Positions 47,437 to 56,805 of a stretch of 64,000 bases of DNA are shown here, one piece after another (positions within the stretch are counted from its first letter, which is position 1; each line of letters starts with the position of its first letter). A model generated the notes under the pieces. That model was not told the DNA's origin. It was given only the letters and a program-made list of their open reading frames with translations, and made no database searches. The DNA is from Spirochaetales bacterium (GTDB taxonomy: Bacteria; Spirochaetota; Spirochaetia; JABEVK01): the NCBI GenBank assembly GCA_037142615.1, contig JBAXAI010000002.1, positions 160,001 through 224,000 on the forward strand. Reading direction: 5' to 3'. Position numbers and translations under genes: made by a program.

Positions 47437-47483
47437 AAAAAAAGAGGCAGCGCCTGCACCCTCACGGTGCGTGCCCTGCCTCT
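47437..47483 (-). terminator. Intrinsic terminator after the flaA pair
   Basis: agaggcag...ctgcctct stem followed by a T run on the minus strand. Confidence 0.7.
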
Positions 47484-47514
47484 ATCCTGTTTCACGCGAG
47501 AGGCGCTCGAAACT

Positions 47515-48267
47515 CTACCAGGCGTCGGCCATGTCGTCGGCATCCCGATTGTTCTCCGAGAACAAGTCGGTGACGGCACGGAGGTCATCCAAATAGATGT
47601 AGTAGCTACCGTAAGTCTCAGCCGGGTCTGTCTCGATCAGGAAGGACTTGACCATGATACCCTGTTTGTTGTTATAGCGAGGGTCTGCTTGACGGATGTT
47701 CGGCGGAATCGCCGCAGTCAGTTTCTTCCAACCCGTGAAAGCCAAGTCACCCAGCGGAATTTTGGCATGGTTTCCAAACTGGTCATCGACCATCACGTAG
47801 AGCTCGTGCTTGACGTTTCGGCCGACCACCCACACGGAAATCGTCTTCGTGATCCCCGGGATAGGAAGGGGACGGATGGGCGTAATCTCAAATTGAGTTT
47901 GGCTGCGGTGCAGGTGCTGGATCTTCACGCCGAGCACATACTTGTCGCTTTCGGCAATCGAAGCAGCCGTTTCACCGGGGATAGGCTTCTTGTCGGCAGG
48001 AGAGCCCTCAAAGCGGCGAAGGCTGATGAATCCGTCGTCACGGGGCATTGCACCGGCCCAAAAGCCGTCGTCTTCGAACTTGGAGACCGAAATCTCCTTG
48101 AGCTCTTGCTGGGCCTTGTCGACGCCAATCAGGTTAGCTTCCGGTGCACCTACCTCAGGCGTCGCCGTAGTACCTTGTACCGTCGCTGCCGGGGTAGCGG
48201 CGTTCTGTGCAAAGCCGAAAGCCGAGATGAGAAGAAGGGCTGAAATCAGCAGACTGGTTCTTTTCAT
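47515..48267 (-). CDS. flaA: Flagellar filament outer-layer protein FlaA
   Basis: Signal peptide; PIPGITKTISVWVVGRN, LAFTGWKKL, DDLRAVTD. Confidence 0.88.
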   Translation of the reverse strand: MKRTSLLISALLLISAFGFAQNAATPAATVQGTTATPEVGAPEANLIGVDKAQQELKEISVSKFEDDGFWAGAMPRDDGFISLRRFEGSPADKKPIPGETAASIAESDKYVLGVKIQHLHRSQTQFEITPIRPLPIPGITKTISVWVVGRNVKHELYVMVDDQFGNHAKIPLGDLAFTGWKKLTAAIPPNIRQADPRYNNKQGIMVKSFLIETDPAETYGSYYIYLDDLRAVTDLFSENNRDADDMADAW

Positions 48268-48270
48268 GAT

Positions 48271-49059
48271 TTACTTTCCTTGGGTCTGGTTCGTGGACCA
48301 GTACTTGTCGATGAAACTGCTGTCCTGCATCGGCTTGCCGTCAAACGGATTCTGATGCATGTCGGTCAGAACCTTGAGGTGGTCAATGTAGGTGAAGAAC
48401 ACGTCGACGCGCTCGGTCGGTTCGGTACGAACCACAAACTTCGTCAACTTGAGGCCCTGATAGTGGGGCAGGTAGACCTGAGTCTGGGGAATCGACGATG
48501 GGATCTCGACGCGAATGTTTTTCCAGCCCGCAAAGTTCAGGCTGCCAGCGTCCAAGACGAAGGGAATGCCCCGGTAGTCACGCACATGGATCTCGAGTGA
48601 AGTACGGAAGTTTGAGCCCCATACCCACAGATCGATGGTCTTCGCGATTCCCGGAAGCGGCATGCCGTAGGGAGCCAAGTTGCCCGAGGCGTCTTTCTTG
48701 ACCGGATAGATTTCGTAGTAGTTGAAACCCTTGCGGTCGTACTTGGCTTGAACACCAAGGGACTTCAGCGGAAGCTTATTCGGGTTTGTGCCGAAAAGCG
48801 CGTCGGGCCAAGACTCGACGTACGCCAGGCGGGGATACTGGACGCTACCTTCCTTGGTAGCGAACTTACTACCCACCACGACCCATTGTCGGTCTTCTTT
48901 CTGTTCGATTTGTCCTTCGTTCCAGACTCTCTGGTTGGCGTCATCAAATGTGTCAACAACGATGGATTCCAATTGTTGGGCCACGTCGTCGGCGAAGGTC
49001 GGCGCGGCATTGAGGGCCACGAGCAGCGTCAGACTAAAAAACAGTCTGCCTCGTTTCAT
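48271..49059 (-). CDS. flaA: Flagellar filament outer-layer protein FlaA paralog
   Basis: YDRKGFN, PGIAKTIDLWVWGSN, LNFAGWKN, DHLKVLTD. Confidence 0.88.
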   Translation of the reverse strand: MKRGRLFFSLTLLVALNAAPTFADDVAQQLESIVVDTFDDANQRVWNEGQIEQKEDRQWVVVGSKFATKEGSVQYPRLAYVESWPDALFGTNPNKLPLKSLGVQAKYDRKGFNYYEIYPVKKDASGNLAPYGMPLPGIAKTIDLWVWGSNFRTSLEIHVRDYRGIPFVLDAGSLNFAGWKNIRVEIPSSIPQTQVYLPHYQGLKLTKFVVRTEPTERVDVFFTYIDHLKVLTDMHQNPFDGKPMQDSSFIDKYWSTNQTQGK

Positions 49060-49103
49060 GATCTACTCCTTCGGGCGGGTTCATATATTTTAGGGCAACT
49101 CGA

Positions 49104-49132
49104 ATTATATGGAGGGCCGGACCCTTTGTCAA
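49104..49132 (-). promoter_or_regulatory. Perfect-consensus sigma70 promoter of the flaA operon
   Basis: TTGACA-N17-TATAAT. Confidence 0.85.
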
Positions 49133-49159
49133 ACCTATTAACGGCAAGTTGATGCTGAT

Positions 49160-49933
49160 TCAGGAGCTCAATGCAACAGTTCTAGGCACGGCTTGCACCG
49201 GCAAGTCGACGATCTTTTCCGGGCCGGCGGCCAGCACATTGTCGATGGCTTTGCCTGCGGCAGACGCGTCGATCCTCAGTCCCCAGCCGGCGTGCGTCCG
49301 TGCCTCGGCCACGGTGATACCGAGTCCCGTATGAACTCGCAGTTGCGGCGACCCGGAGAGACTGGGAATACCGGACGACCCATCGAGAACAAAAAGGTCG
49401 CTGACATCCGCCGGAACCGGGGCCCCCGCCGCCAGCAGAGCGAGCGAGCCTCCGCCCGTGACACTCCTCCAGGCGTCGCGCAGGGTCGTGATTTCCTCGA
49501 CGCCCGCGGTGGAAGGCACCAGCGCCACGGCATTGGTTTTGTGTTGCCCTTGGGCGGCGGCTCGGACCAGAACTTCCCAGTTGGCCCGGCGGTTGACCCG
49601 CAAGAGTGATGACTCGGTCGAAGAATGGCCCTGGGGGACAAAGCGGGCCACGCGAAGCGAGGGGTACTTGACCTTCCATTGTTTGACCACGACCTCGGGG
49701 ACATTGAGCCCCAAGAGGACAGCGGAAGGCGGCGGTTGTCGACTGGCCAGATCCTTGGAAACAGCCGTCAGGTCGCCGGAAGCGACCTCAACGCGAGCCT
49801 GGGCAACGGGCCACGTCCGGCTGTCCCAGGCCTGCAGAATCTCGGGCGCCGCGAGCCGAAGGACCGCATCGTGATAGAACACGGGGGTGGAACAAGAGGT
49901 CAGCACAAGCAGAAAAACACAAGCCCGGAGCAT
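49160..49933 (-). CDS. Hypothetical lipoprotein
   Basis: Lipobox LTSC; TTGACC-N17-TAGACT-N6-ATG. Confidence 0.6.
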   Translation of the reverse strand: MLRACVFLLVLTSCSTPVFYHDAVLRLAAPEILQAWDSRTWPVAQARVEVASGDLTAVSKDLASRQPPPSAVLLGLNVPEVVVKQWKVKYPSLRVARFVPQGHSSTESSLLRVNRRANWEVLVRAAAQGQHKTNAVALVPSTAGVEEITTLRDAWRSVTGGGSLALLAAGAPVPADVSDLFVLDGSSGIPSLSGSPQLRVHTGLGITVAEARTHAGWGLRIDASAAGKAIDNVLAAGPEKIVDLPVQAVPRTVALSS

Positions 49934-50038
49934 AGCCGCAGTCTATTCAGTGGTTCCTTCGCGGTCAAGCGCAGGGAATTCTTGCACTTCCCTCCATTTT
50001 CTCCTATTCTAGAAGCAACCATCCGGAGGTTTATTCCT

Positions 50039-50953
50039 ATGAAGATTATTCGAGCGTCTGCCCTCAGTGCCGCGGGCCTGCTGTTCATCGTGTCCTGTGC
50101 CAGCCCGCCGCCGCCGCCAGTGGCACCCAAACCTGAACCCACTCCGGTTGCAATTCCTGAGCCGGCCCCGGTTCCCGCTCCGGAGCCCTTGGCCCCGGTC
50201 GCTCCTGCCTTCAAGGACGTGGTGACGAGCGAGCCCTTGCCGGTGTCGCTCAAGACCTATTACCCGAACGGAGACTCCTCGAGTTCGGTCACCACCACGT
50301 ACAACGCCAAGGGCCAGTTGCTCACTCAGGAAACGACAAACCCGAACGGTGTTTTGGTCGAGACCCGCACGGGCAAGGCCAAAGGCGACCTGTGGCGCAT
50401 AACGATAACCAATGCCCAGACCGGCGAGGTTCTCGCGTTTGAAGATCGCTTGTACTCTGACGAAGGTGACCTGCTAAGCCAGACTTTCATGAACGCGAAG
50501 GAAGTCCAGCAGTCAGCCAACGAGTATGTTTGGAAAGAAGGCAAGAAGACCCAATGGACAGCCAAGCTCGGCGCCAACGGCAACACCCAGGCCAAGACCC
50601 TGTATCTCTATGACGCCAATGGAAATAATTCCCGCGTCGAGGTCTACGATGCCGGCAACAAACTCGTTACGGTCTATGAAAACACCTACAATGCGGCGGG
50701 CCAGATCCAGGTCCGTAAAGGTCTCGACAACAGCGGCGTGCTGGTCGAACAGACCAACTTCAGCTGGAAGGGAAACCAGAAGGTGAAGGAAGAAACGATC
50801 AAGCCGTTGCTGCGCACCTTGGATTACACCTACAGCGATGATACGACGGCCCCCACCGGAATCGCGTCGTCGGTGCGTGGACGCCTCGCCGAAAAGCAAG
50901 TCCTTATCTACACGTGGATCAAGTACACCCACCGGGTGCCCAACAAGGAATGA
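50039..50953 (+). CDS. Lipoprotein with Pro-rich linker and YD-like beta-hairpin repeats
   Basis: SD GGAGG; lipobox IVSC; repeats TYNAKGQ, LYDANGN, TYNAAGQ. Confidence 0.8.
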   Translation: MKIIRASALSAAGLLFIVSCASPPPPPVAPKPEPTPVAIPEPAPVPAPEPLAPVAPAFKDVVTSEPLPVSLKTYYPNGDSSSSVTTTYNAKGQLLTQETTNPNGVLVETRTGKAKGDLWRITITNAQTGEVLAFEDRLYSDEGDLLSQTFMNAKEVQQSANEYVWKEGKKTQWTAKLGANGNTQAKTLYLYDANGNNSRVEVYDAGNKLVTVYENTYNAAGQIQVRKGLDNSGVLVEQTNFSWKGNQKVKEETIKPLLRTLDYTYSDDTTAPTGIASSVRGRLAEKQVLIYTWIKYTHRVPNKE

Positions 50954-50955
50954 CC

Positions 50956-52149
50956 ATGAACAAGACACTGTTTGCCGGCCTGTTGTTGCTCTTGGCTGGA
51001 TTGCCCCTTCTTCAGGCCGACGAGAAGACGGCAGTTTGGCAGAGGATCTACCAGAATGCGCTCAACGACGAAATGCGCTACGAAGTGATGCTCAATATCC
51101 GGGAACTGCACGACCCGGCGTTCACGGACTTGCTCAACGTTGCCTTGACCGATCTAGTTTCGCGTCGTATCGAGCTGGGCGCAACCAATGAAGTCGATGC
51201 CAAGGTCAGACTCGCGACCCAGATCATCCAGGAACTCGGTGATTTGAAGGACGCCACCGGCGCCGATCAGGTGTACCAAGTGTACAAAGAGATAAAAACC
51301 TACCCGCTGCTGAGGTCGGAAGCGGCCATGACTTTGGGTAAGGCCCGTGCCGTTGACTATGTCCCCCAACTGTCCAAGGCGCTTGAAAACCTGAACTTCT
51401 TCCCGGAACGGGACGGCGCGATCGCTCAGGAGATTGTTGCCTATGGTTTGGTGCAGTCGCTGGCCATGATGAAGGATCTCCGGGGTTTCGAGCCGACCTT
51501 CTTTGCTTCGATAGGTTGGTACAGCCCGGCCCGAAAGGTAAAGGAGACCGCCAAGACCATGATGACGGTCATGGTGGAAGATCCGAGCGAACCGCTGATG
51601 AACATCGTCAAGACGCAGAGCAACAACGTGTTCAAGCTGCGGGCTTTGGAAGCCGAAGACGACAGCAAGGCGTCGCCTGCCCAAAAAGCGAAGGTGGCGG
51701 AAGCCGCCTTGGAAGAAGGCGTGCGCCTGATTCCCAACACCATCCTCGATAGCACCCAGCTCTCGGAACTGCGCAAGAAGGCCCTCGACATGCTCATCGC
51801 CACACGAGACAAGACCCCCGAATACGTGGCGACCTACAAGCAAGCCTACCAGACTTCGGTGCTGGCAAAAGAAACCAACGAAACTTTGCGGGTCTTGCAG
51901 ACCATGGGTGTCAATGGCACACCGGAAGCTGTTGACGCGCTCATCGAGAAGATGGATTTCTTCAATGACCGGGCCAATGCACCCGGTCTCATGACGGATT
52001 TTGACGTCCAGCAGGTTCGGACGATTCTCCAGGCGTTCAAAGCAGCCAACAGTGCCGCCGCCAGAAACACCCTGACCGTGGGTAGCTTCCTCTACACGCC
52101 CGCGGTTCAGCGTGACATCAAGGCTGTTCTGGCGGGACTTCCGAAGTAG
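50956..52149 (+). CDS. Exported HEAT-repeat-like helical protein
   Basis: Signal peptide; LRSEAAMTLGK HEAT-like segment; host-like codon usage. Confidence 0.7.
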   Translation: MNKTLFAGLLLLLAGLPLLQADEKTAVWQRIYQNALNDEMRYEVMLNIRELHDPAFTDLLNVALTDLVSRRIELGATNEVDAKVRLATQIIQELGDLKDATGADQVYQVYKEIKTYPLLRSEAAMTLGKARAVDYVPQLSKALENLNFFPERDGAIAQEIVAYGLVQSLAMMKDLRGFEPTFFASIGWYSPARKVKETAKTMMTVMVEDPSEPLMNIVKTQSNNVFKLRALEAEDDSKASPAQKAKVAEAALEEGVRLIPNTILDSTQLSELRKKALDMLIATRDKTPEYVATYKQAYQTSVLAKETNETLRVLQTMGVNGTPEAVDALIEKMDFFNDRANAPGLMTDFDVQQVRTILQAFKAANSAAARNTLTVGSFLYTPAVQRDIKAVLAGLPK

Positions 52150-52813
52150 TCGCAGCAATATTTCCAGAAAGACCGCCTCGCCAGGAGGCGGTCTTTTTTT
52201 GTGTCCAGATCCCGGCGGCGAGGAGCAAGACCGGAATCAGAAACGCTGCGGGCCCCCAGCCTGCATACCAAAGCAACGAAAGCAGTGGTTGGAGGAGTAT
52301 GAGCAAAGCCGCCAACGTGCCCCAAACCCAGCGCGATCCCGTCGCAGGTGTCTCGAGCCACTTCTGTGAGGCCAGGGCCAAGCCCGCCAACTGCACGACT
52401 CTGGTCAGCGGCATTCCAAAGAGATCCCAAGCGTCGCTTTGGCGGTCAGTCGTCAGAAAATCGGTGAACCCGAGGTAGGTGAACAAGAGGGTCAGCGTCA
52501 GCCCGAGGGCAAACCCGGACTCCCTCGGACCGCTGGGCGCCTGCGGGGCCGTAAGGGGAATGAAATGCAAAGCCACGAGAATGCCGGGGGCGAGCAGGGC
52601 ATTCACAAGGATCTGCCCCAGGGCTGTGAAAAGAAGATTGCCGCCAAACACGGTCAAAGGATACAAAAGCATAAAACCCACCAGGGCCGAAAGGCTCAGG
52701 ACGAGCGAATACAACGCTGAGGAAAGTGTGCGATCCCAGTGAAAGTCCCGGTACCAAACTCGATGGATGAGAACAGCAGACGCGGGCACGGCGACGAGCA
52801 GAAAGAGGTTCAT
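52118..52813 (-). CDS. Hypothetical multi-pass membrane protein
   Basis: About 7 hydrophobic segments; TTGAAA-N17-CATTCT-N6-ATG. Confidence 0.7.
   Translation of the reverse strand: MNLFLLVAVPASAVLIHRVWYRDFHWDRTLSSALYSLVLSLSALVGFMLLYPLTVFGGNLLFTALGQILVNALLAPGILVALHFIPLTAPQAPSGPRESGFALGLTLTLLFTYLGFTDFLTTDRQSDAWDLFGMPLTRVVQLAGLALASQKWLETPATGSRWVWGTLAALLILLQPLLSLLWYAGWGPAAFLIPVLLLAAGIWTQKKTASWRGGLSGNIAATTSEVPPEQP
52168..52200 (+). terminator. Intrinsic terminator
   Basis: aaagaccgcct...aggcggtc followed by a T run. Confidence 0.8.
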
Positions 52814-52940
52814 CCACCCAGAATGACAGGATTGTCCGGACGTTTCAAGGCATCCAAACCCGGCGAAAAGTGCCTAGACACAAGAGGGCGTTTGTGGTAG
52901 TTTCACAAACTGTACCACGGCTCACGCGAAATGGAGGGAT

Positions 52941-53456
52941 ATGTCGACTAAAGAATTTCGGGTCAATGAAAAAATCAGGGTCAAGGAAGTTCGCCTGATC
53001 GAAGGTGAAGGGGAGCAGCGCGTTGTATCCATCATGGATGCTCTGCAAATGGCCCGTGAACAGAACCTGGACCTCGTGGAAGTTGCACCGAATTCCGTCC
53101 CCCCCGTCTGCAAAATCATGGACTTCGGTAAGTTCAAGTTTGAGCAGGAAAAGAAACTTCGGGATGCCAAAAAGAACCAGAAAGTGGTTCAGCTGAAAGA
53201 AGTGCGCATGCAGCCGAAGATCGAGAAGCATGACATCGAGTTCAAGGTGAAGCATATCCTTGAGTTCCTTGGTGAAGGCGACAAGATCAAAGTCACGGTC
53301 CGTTTCCGGGGCCGCGAGATGGCTCACCCTGAGCTCGGGCGAAAGGTGCTCGACAAGGTACTGGAAATGCTGGAAGGGCAGTATGTCATGGAAAGCCTCC
53401 CGAAAATGGAGGGCAGGCTCATGTCGATGCTGATCAACCCCAAGGTAAAGAAATAG
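52941..53456 (+). CDS. infC: Translation initiation factor IF-3
   Basis: [15 protein letters not shown]...[20 protein letters not shown]. Confidence 0.97.
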   Translation: MSTKEFRVNEKIRVKEVRLIEGEGEQRVVSIMDALQMAREQNLDLVEVAPNSVPPVCKIMDFGKFKFEQEKKLRDAKKNQKVVQLKEVRMQPKIEKHDIEFKVKHILEFLGEGDKIKVTVRFRGREMAHPELGRKVLDKVLEMLEGQYVMESLPKMEGRLMSMLINPKVKK

Positions 53457-53470
53457 GAGAGGTGGGAATT

Positions 53471-53668
53471 ATGCCCAAGATGAAGACGCGAAAGAGCGCC
53501 GCGAAGCGCTACAGCCTGACCTCGACCGGTAAGGTGAAGTTCAAGAAGCTCGGCCTTCGCCATATTCTGACGAAGAAAAGCCGGAACCGAAAGCGAAAGC
53601 TTGGTCAGCCCGGTATTCTCGCTGAGTCCGAAGCCCGCCGTGTGCGGACGATGTTGCCGTACGGCTAG
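53471..53668 (+). CDS. rpmI: 50S ribosomal protein L35
   Basis: [13 protein letters not shown]...HILTKKS. Confidence 0.97.
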   Translation: MPKMKTRKSAAKRYSLTSTGKVKFKKLGLRHILTKKSRNRKRKLGQPGILAESEARRVRTMLPYG

Positions 53669-53704
53669 TCTTTAGTCGATTACGGATCAAAGGAGAGAAC
53701 GCAA

Positions 53705-54064
53705 ATGCCAAGAGCAGTAGACGGCACCCGTCGTAGCGACCGACGCCGCAAATATACCGAAATCACCAAGGGCTTCCGCGGTCGTGCCAAGAGTAACTTC
53801 CGCACCGCCAAGGATGCCGCAGCCAAGGCGTTGGTGTACGCCACCCGCGACCGCCGTGCCAAGAAACGGGACTTCCGCCGCTTGTGGATCACCCGAATCT
53901 CAGCGGCTGTCCGTGCCGAAGGCCTGACCTACTCGCGCTTCATCGAAGGACTCAACAAGGCCCAGATTGCGATCAACCGGTTGGCCCTTTCGAACATGGC
54001 CATTGAAGACCCGAAGGCCTTCAGTGCGCTGGTTGCCAAGGCCAAGTCCTCGGTCGCCGCGTAG
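53705..54064 (+). CDS. rplT: 50S ribosomal protein L20
   Basis: RDRRAKKRDFRRLWITRI. Confidence 0.97.
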   Translation: MPRAVDGTRRSDRRRKYTEITKGFRGRAKSNFRTAKDAAAKALVYATRDRRAKKRDFRRLWITRISAAVRAEGLTYSRFIEGLNKAQIAINRLALSNMAIEDPKAFSALVAKAKSSVAA

Positions 54065-54073
54065 GAGACACCG

Positions 54074-54562
54074 ATGATTAACATGGACCAGGTACGCACC
54101 CTGGAAATGAAGGTCAAGCAGACCGTTCAGCTCATTGTCCACCTGCGCCGCGAGAACGACTCGTTGCGTGGACGCCTTTCGGACACCGAGGTGCGACTTC
54201 AGGAACTGGAAGCTCTTCTGGAAAGCTTCAAGGCCACCCAGAACGAAATGGAGTCTGGGATTCGCAGCGCTTTGCAGGAGCTCGATCACTTGGATCAAGG
54301 TTCTCCGGAGCCTACGCCTCCTCCAGTAGCAGAAGCTCATCCTGAACCTGTGTCCATCGAAACGGAGTCTGAACCTGTCCCGGAGCCCGAGCCCGAAGTC
54401 GCTTCTTTTGAGCCGATCGAAGCTTTTGAGGCACCCGTGCCCGAAAGCGTCGAACTGAGTGAAAGCGATGACGCCACTGCGGAAGTTCCTGCCGAAGAAT
54501 CTCCGGTGGAGGACGAAGCCGAGGAAGAAGAACCCCAGCAGCCTGGCTTAGGGATCTTCTGA
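54074..54562 (+). CDS. zapB: ZapB-like coiled-coil protein with an acidic tail
   Basis: DQVRTLEMKVKQTVQLIVHLRREN; directly upstream of zapA. Confidence 0.7.
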   Translation: MINMDQVRTLEMKVKQTVQLIVHLRRENDSLRGRLSDTEVRLQELEALLESFKATQNEMESGIRSALQELDHLDQGSPEPTPPPVAEAHPEPVSIETESEPVPEPEPEVASFEPIEAFEAPVPESVELSESDDATAEVPAEESPVEDEAEEEEPQQPGLGIF

Positions 54563-54570
54563 GCAAACCG

Positions 54571-54870
54571 ATGGCTGACAATCTCCTGTCGGTGCAGTTG
54601 CTCGGAACTTCGTTCTCTCTCAAGAGCACAGAGAATCTGGACTACCTGAAAGAGGTCCTGACTTACTTTGAGGAGAGAATCGAGGAAACCAAGAGTGGGG
54701 TCTCGTTGCAGGATCCCCTCAAGATTGCGCTCTTGACCGGTATCGTCTTGGCGGATGAACTGCTCAAGGAGCGTCGCACGCACCCGGGCACGTTAACGGC
54801 CCCAGAAGCCGATGAAGCCGAGCGAATCACGCGGGCGCTCATCGACAAGATCGATTCGGTTCTCCAATAA
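54571..54870 (+). CDS. zapA: Cell division protein ZapA
   Basis: VQLLGTSFSL, KIALLTGIVLADELLK. Confidence 0.85.
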   Translation: MADNLLSVQLLGTSFSLKSTENLDYLKEVLTYFEERIEETKSGVSLQDPLKIALLTGIVLADELLKERRTHPGTLTAPEADEAERITRALIDKIDSVLQ

Positions 54871-54873
54871 GTT

Positions 54874-55689
54874 ATGGGTGTCACCACCAGTCAGCAGCTT
54901 CAGTCCTACTTTGACGCATACGGAAGTGTCGAGGTCACCTTCAACAAGGAAGTGACCCAGCTGCTTTCCTTCCTGCAGGAAAAGGTTTTTTTGAAAGTTG
55001 CCGGGGTGGATTGGCCGTGCCTGCTCTACTCGAGCTCGTTGGTGGGCGCCAAGATCGTCCTCACTCTCAAGCCCGAGCAGATTTCTCGCCTGGAGGCCGG
55101 CAGCCCCACTTGTCAGTTGCGCTACGGCTTCCGTAACCCCGACAGTCCCGAGCCGGTGGTCTTTTTCACCAACGTGAAGATCAAAGCTTGGAACCGCTAC
55201 AACAATGGCGCCAAGAATGATTTGTACTTCATGACCCTCGAGTTCACCACACGACCGCCGGAAGACCTGATCGAGATCCTCGGCCGTTTTCTCGAGGCCA
55301 ACGTCAACTCGCAAAAGCGGCGCGACGAGCGCATCACGGTCAACGAGGTCAGCATCAAGAAGCTCGGCTTTACCAGCTGCAACGCTATTGTCGCCGTCGA
55401 AAAGATCGACCGCAAGTGCTTGGTCCGCGACCTTTCGTTTGGGGGCGCCCAAGTGTTGCTGCCCGGCGTTGCGAAATTTCTCGAGAACCGCGCCATTGTC
55501 TTGCGCTTGACAGTCGAAGAAACCGGCCAGGTGTTGAGCTTGGCGGGCAAGATTCTCCGCGTCGAGACCCTCGCCGGGCGGCGCGACATCACGCAGTCCT
55601 CGCTCCAGTTCGAAGACGCCGCGGTCCCGCACCAGTACAAGGTGCTGATCAACGAGGCGTTGCGCCTGCAAAAGACCAAACAAGGATAA
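54874..55689 (+). CDS. PilZ-domain c-di-GMP receptor (PlzA-like)
   Basis: RRDER (RxxxR) and DLSFGG (DxSxxG). Confidence 0.85.
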   Translation: MGVTTSQQLQSYFDAYGSVEVTFNKEVTQLLSFLQEKVFLKVAGVDWPCLLYSSSLVGAKIVLTLKPEQISRLEAGSPTCQLRYGFRNPDSPEPVVFFTNVKIKAWNRYNNGAKNDLYFMTLEFTTRPPEDLIEILGRFLEANVNSQKRRDERITVNEVSIKKLGFTSCNAIVAVEKIDRKCLVRDLSFGGAQVLLPGVAKFLENRAIVLRLTVEETGQVLSLAGKILRVETLAGRRDITQSSLQFEDAAVPHQYKVLINEALRLQKTKQG

Positions 55690-55692
55690 CCC

Positions 55693-56805
55693 ATGTCTTT
55701 TCATGAACCTCGTCACAAGCTCTACTACCTTCAGGTTCCGCCGGAACTGGCTCGGGAGGTAGCCGGGTTTGCGATTGACCCATCGATTCCCCTGCCGGTC
55801 GAGGGTCGTGGCGTCGAGCCTCCGAGGCTGGAAGAACTCAGTTGGGAGCAGATCGTGGCCGCAATGCTCAAGGTCATGGCCTGGGAACGGGACCACCAGG
55901 ATTTCGAGTACTTCCGGCAATTCATTCTGGCGATCCGGCCGGAAGTGTTTCAGGAACTTTCGGGAACCGGGATCGTGAAAGCCCAGGCCAAGGACTTCCG
56001 CCTCGCCGAAGAGATTTTCCTGGCTTTGGAGGGGCTCGACCCGACGCACCCGCGAACTTTGCTGAACTTGGCCCTGCTCTACGACGAACAGGCGGAAGAC
56101 TTGTCCCGGCGGGACCAATCAGCCCAAGCCGACGAACTTCTGGGTTTGGCGCAGAAGAAGTTCTCGCAGTCGTTGACCGCAACGCCGCCCATGCCCGATG
56201 CCTTCTTCTATTCGGGGTTTTTCCACCTAAAACAAAAGAACGTCGCGAGGGCAAGGGCCCTGCTTGACACCTATTTCGAGCTCGGCAAGGACGAGGCGAA
56301 ACTTGCGGCCGCGAAAAAGGCTTTGGCCGAAGCGGAGCGACAGGAACGCCTCGACGTCCTGTTCAAGGAAGCCTACGACTTCATTTTGCTGGGCCGGGAA
56401 GACGAGGGGCTTTCGCGCCTGAAAGAGTTTGTCAAAGAACATCCGACGGTCTGGAACGCTTGGTTCCTGATGGGTTGGGGCTACCGACGGCAAGGTAAGT
56501 GGACAGAAGCCCTGGCCGCGTTCAAGACCTGTCTGGAAAATGGTGGCGACCGGGTCGATACTTACAATGAAATGGCCATCTGCAGCATGGAGACCGGCGA
56601 CCTGAAAGAGGCTCGGCGTCTGCTGGAGAAGGCACTCCGGGAAGACAGCGAAAACACCAAGATTATTTCGAACCTGGGGGTTCTCGCGTTGAAGGCCGGG
56701 AAGAAAGACGAGGCGGCCAGCTTTTTTGAGGCCGTGCTCGAGTATGACCCGGAGGACCCCGTAGCGCCGAAGATGCTCGACCAGATCAAGGCCGGGGAGG
56801 TGTGA
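55693..56805 (+). CDS. TPR protein
   Basis: Multiple TPRs, e.g. WNAWFLMGWGYRR, NEMAIC, SNLGVL. Confidence 0.85.
   Translation: MSFHEPRHKLYYLQVPPELAREVAGFAIDPSIPLPVEGRGVEPPRLEELSWEQIVAAMLKVMAWERDHQDFEYFRQFILAIRPEVFQELSGTGIVKAQAKDFRLAEEIFLALEGLDPTHPRTLLNLALLYDEQAEDLSRRDQSAQADELLGLAQKKFSQSLTATPPMPDAFFYSGFFHLKQKNVARARALLDTYFELGKDEAKLAAAKKALAEAERQERLDVLFKEAYDFILLGREDEGLSRLKEFVKEHPTVWNAWFLMGWGYRRQGKWTEALAAFKTCLENGGDRVDTYNEMAICSMETGDLKEARRLLEKALREDSENTKIISNLGVLALKAGKKDEAASFFEAVLEYDPEDPVAPKMLDQIKAGEV

Noticed and set aside
50039-50953. RHS/YD polymorphic toxin
   Set aside because: Short lipoprotein with few YD-like repeats, no RHS core end motif and no toxin/immunity pair.
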